DNA from: Chlorobiota bacterium | Lineage (GTDB): Bacteria; Bacteroidota; Ignavibacteria; Kapaibacteriales; HRBIN21 | Length of the DNA: 64,000 nucleotides | Direction of reading: 5' to 3' | Assembly: GCA_039630485.1 (NCBI GenBank) | Contig: JBCNUX010000002.1 | Span: 8,273 to 72,272, forward strand | Part shown: positions 57,849 to 64,000 of the stretch, piece after piece | Layout of the letters: each line of letters starts with the position of its first letter | Position numbering within the stretch: the stretch's first letter is position 1 | Position numbers and translations under genes: made by a program | The notes under the pieces: model-generated | What the model was told of the DNA's origin: nothing | Database searches by the model: none | What the model saw: only the letters and a program-made list of their open reading frames with translations

Positions 57849-59057
57849 CTACTCTACGATCTTCGTTACTACGCCAGCACCAACCGTGCGGCCACCTTCA
57901 CGAATCGCGAACCGTAGCCCCTCCTCCATGGCTACGGGGCTAATGAGTTCGATCTGCATACCGTCAACATTGTCACCAGGCATGACCATCTCTACCCCTG
58001 GTGGGAGATTGATGGTCCCGGTGACATCAGTGGTTCGGAAGTAGAACTGAGGACGGTAGCCGCTGAAGAAGGGGGTATGCCGTCCTCCCTCTTCCTTTGT
58101 GAGCACGTAGACTTGGGCATGGAACTTGTGGTGTGGAGTGATAGAGCCTGGTTTGGCGACAACCATTCCCCGTTCAACTTCATCCTTATCTACCCCGCGG
58201 AGGAGTAGCCCAACGTTATCTCCGGCCTGTCCTTCATCCAGGATCTTCCGGAACATCTCAATACCGGTGACCACAGTCTTCTTGTGCATTCCGAAGCCGA
58301 TGACCTCTACCTCGTCGTTAAGACGTACGACGCCACGTTCAATCCGACCGGTCACGACAGTTCCACGACCAGTGATGGAGAAGACATCCTCTATCGGCAT
58401 CAGGAAGGGCTTGTCAATCTCCCGTTGTGGGAGAGGAATGTAGTTATCCACGGCGTCCATCAGCTCCCAGATGCACTGAAACCGAGGATCGTCCACCGTT
58501 GTGTTTGGATCTAACCCGGCTTCCATCGCCTTCAGTGCGGAGCCACGAATGACAGGGATTTCGTCGCCTGGGAAGCCGTATTTGCTCAGCAGTTCCCGAA
58601 CCTCTAGCTCCACAAGGTCGATGAGCTCAGGATCTGCAGCATCGACTTTGTTCAGGAAGACCACAATCGCAGGAACACCAACCTGGCGTGCGAGCAAGAT
58701 GTGCTCTCGTGTCTGGGGCATGGGGCCGTCAGTAGCCGCCACAACGAGGATAGCCCCATCCATCTGAGCGGCCCCGGTGATCATGTTCTTGATGTAGTCT
58801 GCATGTCCTGGGCAGTCCACATGCGCATAGTGGCGCTTTTCTGTCTGGTATTCTACGTGGGCAGTGTTGATCGTAATTCCCCGCATGCGCTCCTCGGGGG
58901 CGTTGTCAATCGACTCAAACGTTCGCGGCTGTGATAACCCTTTCTTCGCCAGTGCCATCGTGATGGCAGCGGTCAGGGTCGTCTTTCCATGGTCAACATG
59001 ACCAATGGTCCCGATGTTAACGTGTGGCTTCGTACGCTCAAATCGCTCCTTCGCCAT
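57849..59057 (-). CDS. tuf: Elongation factor Tu
   Basis: 402 aa. [14 protein letters not shown] and NKVD GTPase motifs. Confidence 0.97.
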   Translation of the reverse strand: MAKERFERTKPHVNIGTIGHVDHGKTTLTAAITMALAKKGLSQPRTFESIDNAPEERMRGITINTAHVEYQTEKRHYAHVDCPGHADYIKNMITGAAQMDGAILVVAATDGPMPQTREHILLARQVGVPAIVVFLNKVDAADPELIDLVELEVRELLSKYGFPGDEIPVIRGSALKAMEAGLDPNTTVDDPRFQCIWELMDAVDNYIPLPQREIDKPFLMPIEDVFSITGRGTVVTGRIERGVVRLNDEVEVIGFGMHKKTVVTGIEMFRKILDEGQAGDNVGLLLRGVDKDEVERGMVVAKPGSITPHHKFHAQVYVLTKEEGGRHTPFFSGYRPQFYFRTTDVTGTINLPPGVEMVMPGDNVDGMQIELISPVAMEEGLRFAIREGGRTVGAGVVTKIVE

Positions 59058-59091
59058 TGGTATACCAATCGCTGTTCCAACAAACCCTAAA

Positions 59092-61170
59092 CTATACCAG
59101 CACCTTCTCGCCTGCCGTTACCTTGTGTGGTACAGGCTCATAGTGCGAGAAGAGCATCGTATACGACCCACGGCCTTGCGTTAGGGACCTCAATTGGGTA
59201 ACGTATCCGAACATTTCTGCTAGCGGTACTGATGCGCGTATCTGATGAAGGGGCCCCTGGGGTTGGACGCTCTCGATCCGACCGCGGCGCATGTTTAGGT
59301 CGGCGAGCACGTCACCAAGGGCCTCTTCTGGGGTAAGTACCTCTACTTGCATCAGGGGTTCTAACAGTACAGGGCGCGCCCGAGCCACTCCTTCGCGAAA
59401 GGCCAGTGTGGCAGCTGCTTGGTAATCTGCTTCAGAGGACTCTCCTTCACGGTAGGAGCCTCCAACGAGGCGTACAGCAACATCTACGACTGGGTACCCT
59501 GCAACAGGACCTGCCGCGGCAGCTTGCCGGATCGCTCGTTCTATGGCTGGGATGAACAAGGGGGGTATAGCAGGCTCTGTCAGGGCATTTTCAAAGGTGA
59601 TGTCGCTGTTACGGTCCCCTGGGCTTAGCTCCAGGACCACGTGTCCATAGTGGCTGTAGGCTCCACCTTGGGTTGAGCGTACAAACCTCCCCTCTTGGCG
59701 GACGGTTTGTGTGATGGTTTCACGGTAGCTGACGTATGGCCGTCCAACTTTGACAGGGATGCCGAATTCCCGCTGTAGGCGCTCTACGAGAATTTCCAGA
59801 TGGAGCTCACCGACACCGCTGATGAGGATTTGACCTGTCTCTTCATCTGCTCGATAGTGGAAGGTGGGATCCTCATCGGCGAGGCGTTGCAGAGCCTCCA
59901 TGAGACGATCAACGTCAGCCGCACTCCGTGCTTCAATGGCTTGGTTGATGACAGGCGGGGAGAAGAGAATCGGCTCAAAGACGAGAGGGTGGTGTGGATC
60001 ACAAAGCGTATCACCTGTCTTAGTCCACCGCAACCCTGGGATCGCTATGATGTCGCCAGCGTAGGCTTCCGTTATTTCCTCACGCCGATTCGCATACATG
60101 CGCAAGAGCTTATGCAGCCGCTCTTGCTTCTTCGCGGCGGGATTCAGGAGAGATTGCCCTTGCTCGAGGAGTCCGGAATATATCCGTAGAAAACTCAAGC
60201 GCCCAACATATGGATCGCTCAGGACTTTGAAGCAGAGAGCCGAAGTCGGCGTGTCGTCTGTCGGTAGGCGTTCAGTTTCTCCCGGACCGTCTACCGAGTA
60301 ACCGTGAACTGCGCCGATGTCTAGGGGTGACGGGAGGTAGTCGACAACCGCGTCTAAGAGGAGCTGCACACCGATATTTCGGAGTGAGGAGCCACAGCAG
60401 ATAGGCACAAACTGTCGGCGCAGAGTCCCGACTCGCAATGCTGAGCGAATATCCTCTGGGGATGGTGTTGCTCCTGAGACGTAGGCCTCCAGGATGCTGT
60501 CATCAACTTCCGCTGCTGCTTCTACGAGACGCTCGCGGTAGTGCCGAACCTGCTCTTGGTACTCTTCAGGGACCGGTAGGGCTGTGTACCTTGCTCCATA
60601 CGTCTCGGGATCAAACACGTAGAGTTGACCCGAAATGAGGTCGATGACGCCGGCAAAAGAAGGCCCTTCTCCACACGGGAGCTGTATGGCTACTGGACGG
60701 GCTCCCAAGCGTTGCTGGATTTGTTCTAGGACACGAGCAAAGTTTGCCCCTACCCGGTCCATCTTGTTGATGTAGGCAATCCGGGGGACGCCGTAGCGAT
60801 CAGCGTGGTGCCACACTGCCTCTGACTGAGGCTGGACGCCGGCTACTCCACAGAAGACCACAACGGCGCCATCGAGGACTCTAAGGGAGCGTTGGACTTC
60901 TGCCGTGAAGTCCACATGGCCCGGAGTGTCAATGATATTGATCTGGTGCTCTCTCCAGAAGCAAGTGACAGCAGCAGAGGTAATTGTGATCCCTCGCTCT
61001 TTCTCTTGCTCCATGTAGTCCGTGAACGCCGTTCCCTCATCGACTTCGCCCATCCGATGGATGAGCCCGGTGTAGTAGAGAATGCGCTCTGTAGTCGTCG
61101 TCTTCCCGGCATCAATGTGGGCAATGATGCCGATGTTACGGAGCCGCTCTATGGGGACACGGCGGGGCAT
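59092..61170 (-). CDS. fusA: Elongation factor G family GTPase in the canonical fusA slot, with divergent domain-IV tip loops
   Basis: 692 aa. [17 protein letters not shown] and NKMDR are intact. The domain-IV loops read [17 protein letters not shown] and [17 protein letters not shown] instead of the usual KQSGGxGQ(Y/F) and HxVDSSExAFK patterns. Confidence 0.85.
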   Translation of the reverse strand: MPRRVPIERLRNIGIIAHIDAGKTTTTERILYYTGLIHRMGEVDEGTAFTDYMEQEKERGITITSAAVTCFWREHQINIIDTPGHVDFTAEVQRSLRVLDGAVVVFCGVAGVQPQSEAVWHHADRYGVPRIAYINKMDRVGANFARVLEQIQQRLGARPVAIQLPCGEGPSFAGVIDLISGQLYVFDPETYGARYTALPVPEEYQEQVRHYRERLVEAAAEVDDSILEAYVSGATPSPEDIRSALRVGTLRRQFVPICCGSSLRNIGVQLLLDAVVDYLPSPLDIGAVHGYSVDGPGETERLPTDDTPTSALCFKVLSDPYVGRLSFLRIYSGLLEQGQSLLNPAAKKQERLHKLLRMYANRREEITEAYAGDIIAIPGLRWTKTGDTLCDPHHPLVFEPILFSPPVINQAIEARSAADVDRLMEALQRLADEDPTFHYRADEETGQILISGVGELHLEILVERLQREFGIPVKVGRPYVSYRETITQTVRQEGRFVRSTQGGAYSHYGHVVLELSPGDRNSDITFENALTEPAIPPLFIPAIERAIRQAAAAGPVAGYPVVDVAVRLVGGSYREGESSEADYQAAATLAFREGVARARPVLLEPLMQVEVLTPEEALGDVLADLNMRRGRIESVQPQGPLHQIRASVPLAEMFGYVTQLRSLTQGRGSYTMLFSHYEPVPHKVTAGEKVLV

Positions 61171-61194
61171 CTCTTTCAGGTTGTTGCCACTCGT

Positions 61195-61662
61195 TCACCA
61201 CCGATAGTGCGCAAATGCACGGTTTGCCTCAGCCATGCGGTGGACTTCATCACGCTTGCGAACAGCATTGCCTTCACCATTTGCTGCTGCGATGAGTTCA
61301 GCAGCTAACTTGAGAGCCATAGACTTATCCCGGCGCTCACGGGCGTACTGTTTGATCCAGCGCATCGCTAATGCAATGCGGCGGTCTTCCCGGACCTCCA
61401 TGGGAACCTGGTAGTTCGCTCCCCCAATACGGCGAGAGCGGACTTCGACGACTGGAGCTACGTTGGCGATCGCCTTGCGAAAGATCTCTAGTGGATCCTT
61501 CCGCGTTCGCTCGCGGATGATATCAAATGACTCGTAGACGATGCGGCGCGCGATGCTCTTTTTGCCATCGCGCATAATCACGTTGATGAACTTCGCAACC
61601 ATCCTGTCCCCGTAAACGGGGTCGGGATCGATAACGCGTTTTTCAGCTCGTCGCCGACGCAT
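61195..61662 (-). CDS. rpsG: 30S ribosomal protein S7
   Basis: 155 aa. MRRRRAEKR...DP.YGD...KFIN pattern. Confidence 0.95.
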   Translation of the reverse strand: MRRRRAEKRVIDPDPVYGDRMVAKFINVIMRDGKKSIARRIVYESFDIIRERTRKDPLEIFRKAIANVAPVVEVRSRRIGGANYQVPMEVREDRRIALAMRWIKQYARERRDKSMALKLAAELIAAANGEGNAVRKRDEVHRMAEANRAFAHYRW

Positions 61663-61696
61663 GGTCTGTCCTTCTCTACTACGTTCGTTTCTACTG

Positions 61697-62104
61697 TTAC
61701 TTCGCTTTCGCTGTCGTCTTCGCTGCTACAGGTGCCTTGGGACGTTTAGCGCCGTACTTCGAGCGGCCTTGTCGTCTGCCCTCTACTCCTTGAGTGTCGA
61801 GGGTACCGCGGATGATATGGTACCTCACACCTGGGAGGTCTTTAACGCGTCCCCCACGCACGAGAACGATGGAATGTTCTTGTAGGTTGTGTCCTTCTCC
61901 TGGGATGTATGCGATGACCTCCACGCCGTTGCTCAACCGTACCTTAGCAACTTTGCGGAGTGCTGAGTTTGGTTTCTTAGGTGTGGTAGTATACACGCGG
62001 ATACAGACCCCGCGCTTCTGGGGACACCCCTGGAGGGCAGGGGACTTGCTTTTCCTCTGCACTCGCTCTCGGCCAAGCCGGATCAGTTGTTGAATCGTTG
62101 GCAC
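61697..62104 (-). CDS. rpsL: 30S ribosomal protein S12
   Basis: (GTG start) [11 protein letters not shown]...[15 protein letters not shown]...[11 protein letters not shown] is a canonical S12 sequence. Confidence 0.95.
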   Translation of the reverse strand: MPTIQQLIRLGRERVQRKSKSPALQGCPQKRGVCIRVYTTTPKKPNSALRKVAKVRLSNGVEVIAYIPGEGHNLQEHSIVLVRGGRVKDLPGVRYHIIRGTLDTQGVEGRRQGRSKYGAKRPKAPVAAKTTAKAK

Positions 62105-62141
62105 TGTTTACCTCACACTGTAGGGAGACCGGATGAGCCTA

Positions 62142-62149
62142 CAAATTTA
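62142..62149 (-). promoter_or_regulatory. Candidate -7 promoter box TAAATTTG for the rpsL (str) operon
   Basis: Exact TAnnTTTG match on the minus strand, 37 nt upstream of the rpsL start, in the 62-nt gap after the upstream EF-G paralogue. Confidence 0.55.
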
Positions 62150-62166
62150 CAAGACCGAGGGGCAAC

Positions 62167-64000
62167 CTACGCAGCTCTTTCGAGAGCTTGACGCTTTCGG
62201 TACTCGCGTACGAGCTCTTCCTGGAGAGAGCGGGGCACTGGAGCATAGCGTAGGAACTCCATCGTGAACTCACCCTTCCCCTGCGTTGCGCTTCGCAGAT
62301 CGGTAGAGTAGCCAAACATCTCAGCGAGGGGGACCTCTGCCTCAATAATCGCATAGCCGTTGTCGACAGTGGTATTAGTAATGACTCCACGCCTCTGGTT
62401 GATCTGCCCGATGACGGCTCCTTGGAACTCTTCTGGCACGGAGACTTCTAACTTCATAATCGGCTCTAGCACAATCGGGTTTGCACGCTCGTAGGCTTCT
62501 CGGAATGCAGCGATGGAGGCAATCTTGAATGCAAGCTCCGAAGAGTCTACAGGGTGAGTCTGGCCATCGTTGAGAACGACACGGACTCCTACAACAGGCT
62601 TCCCGACAAGCGGACCTCGTTGGAGAGCCTCCTGGAAGCCTTTGTCGCATGCTGGAATGAACTCACGTGCAATCGCTCCGCCGACGATCTGATCCACGAA
62701 TTCGTAGCTGATCCCACTCTCCAGGGGGATTGGCTCAATGTAGCCTGCTACGCGAGCAAACTGCCCAGCACCACCGGTTTGCTTCTTGTGGAGATAGTTG
62801 AACTCGGCCCGTTGAGTGATCGTTTCTCGATAGGCCACCTGGGGACGTCCTACCTCGACCTCGCAATCGTATTCGCGGCGCATGCGCTCTATGTAGATCT
62901 CAAGGTGTAGCTCACCCATGCCACGGATGAGGGTTTGCCCTGTCTCCTCCTCACGGGCCACTTGGAAGGTAGGATCTTCTTTGGTAAAGCGGCTGAGAGC
63001 CTTAGCGAAGTTGGCATACTTGTTACGGTCTTTGGGGGTTATGGCCAACTCCATGACAGGGGTAGGCAGGTACATTCCCGTTAAGGTGACGTTGAGCTGT
63101 CCGTCTGTGAACGTGTCACCGCTGGCGCACTCTATACCGAAGACGGCCACGATATCTCCGGCAGCAGCGAGCTCAATGTCGTGGAGCTGGTCTGCGTGGA
63201 TACGTCCGATTCGAGGGACGCGCATCTTGCGGCCGTTGGACGCGTTGACTATTGTGTCTCCTTTGCGAAGAGTGCCCTGGTAGATGCGGACATACGTCAA
63301 CTGGCCGTACTTTCCATCCTCCAACTTGAAGGCGAGAGCAACCAGGGGCAGGGTCGGGTCGGGGTAGAGGGGAATACTCTGTCCTGTGTCCCGGTCGACC
63401 GCGTCATAGGTGACGTCCAGAGGGCTAGGGAGGAACAGGCAGACGCCATCCAGCAGTAGTTGTACACCTCGGTTCGTCTTAGCTGAGCCAACGTAGACTG
63501 GGGTCAGCTCACGGCGGAGTGTAGCACGCCGGATAGCGGCGATAAGCTCTTCTGTGGAAATCAGCTCATCGGCTAGGAATTTCTCTGCAATGGCATCGTC
63601 AACGTCGGCAACCGTTTCGATGAGCTCCTGGCGACGGCGCTGCGCTTCTTCGACCAGATCAGAAGGGATGTCGTGCCCCACAACGTGCTCGCCGTTAGGC
63701 CCTTCAAAGGTGAGCATTCGGAGCCTCAAGAGGTCTATGACTCCCTCGAAGCGATCCTCAAGCCCAACGGGCACCGTGATGAGTGCGGGGCGATGGCGGA
63801 GCTTTTCGCGCATCTGCTGCAGGACCTTATCGGGATTTGCACCCGGGCGGTCCAGTTTGTTGATGAAAGCAAGTCGGGGAACTCGATATCGCTGCATCTG
63901 GCGGTCCACAGTCATCGTTTGGCTCTGGACGCCTGCAACGCCACAGAGGACGAGGATGGCACCATCGAGCACGCGGAGTGCCCGTTCCACCTCGACGGTG
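62167..64000 (-). CDS. Second elongation factor G paralogue (canonical-looking domain IV), N-terminus beyond the window edge
   Basis: The reading frame is open to the window end, where the sequence reads ...TVEVERALRVLDGA just after the expected G3 motif. NKLDR G4 is present, as are HKKQTGGAGQFARV and GQTHPVDSSELAFKIAS. About 90 N-terminal residues are missing. Confidence 0.85.
   Translation of the reverse strand, partial: TVEVERALRVLDGAILVLCGVAGVQSQTMTVDRQMQRYRVPRLAFINKLDRPGANPDKVLQQMREKLRHRPALITVPVGLEDRFEGVIDLLRLRMLTFEGPNGEHVVGHDIPSDLVEEAQRRRQELIETVADVDDAIAEKFLADELISTEELIAAIRRATLRRELTPVYVGSAKTNRGVQLLLDGVCLFLPSPLDVTYDAVDRDTGQSIPLYPDPTLPLVALAFKLEDGKYGQLTYVRIYQGTLRKGDTIVNASNGRKMRVPRIGRIHADQLHDIELAAAGDIVAVFGIECASGDTFTDGQLNVTLTGMYLPTPVMELAITPKDRNKYANFAKALSRFTKEDPTFQVAREEETGQTLIRGMGELHLEIYIERMRREYDCEVEVGRPQVAYRETITQRAEFNYLHKKQTGGAGQFARVAGYIEPIPLESGISYEFVDQIVGGAIAREFIPACDKGFQEALQRGPLVGKPVVGVRVVLNDGQTHPVDSSELAFKIASIAAFREAYERANPIVLEPIMKLEVSVPEEFQGAVIGQINQRRGVITNTTVDNGYAIIEAEVPLAEMFGYSTDLRSATQGKGEFTMEFLRYAPVPRSLQEELVREYRKRQALERAA

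Overview
High-GC (by eye about 60%), extremely gene-dense bacterial chromosomal window with about 85 protein genes, 3 tRNAs and almost no intergenic space. Many neighbouring genes share ATGA/GTGA start-stop overlaps. Several signatures point to the FCB group (Bacteroidota/Rhodothermota/Chlorobiota-like): recurring TAnnTTTG -7 promoter boxes, an S12 N-terminus PTIQQLIR, a Cys-less L36, and a T9SS-type C-terminal sorting domain on a secreted peptidase. The right third (43.7-62.1 kb, minus strand) is a complete str-S10-spc-alpha ribosomal super-operon. It runs on, without recognisable punctuation, into nine unrelated housekeeping genes (engB, purE, GT2, nth, eamA-type, MTHFS, nuoF, nadD, malG-like permease). 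The left two thirds are also housekeeping: split transketolase, gcvPA, ftsB, ROK kinase, ridA, rsmG, trpS, an ECF sigma module, mgtE, UXS, ruvB, nfo, rmlC, thiI, a SEDS protein, ligA, mlaE, trmB, aat, folC and nadE. I find no CRISPR array, transposase or integrase, phage genes, or recognisable defence or toxin genes, so I cannot support a novel-system island here. Six things deserve a second look. (1) Two EF-G paralogues bracket rpsL-rpsG, and the divergent one sits in the canonical fusA slot. (2) An ECF sigma / atypical anti-sigma / lipoprotein module. (3) A roughly 195-nt unclassified leader upstream of mgtE. (4) An orphan nuoF abutting nadD. (5) An uncharacterised lipoprotein gene wedged inside the split transketolase pair. 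(6) A 307-nt gap between trpS and rsmG that carries an ATGA-coupled 73-codon ORF. All calls come from reading the sequence and ORF translations by eye; no searches were run.
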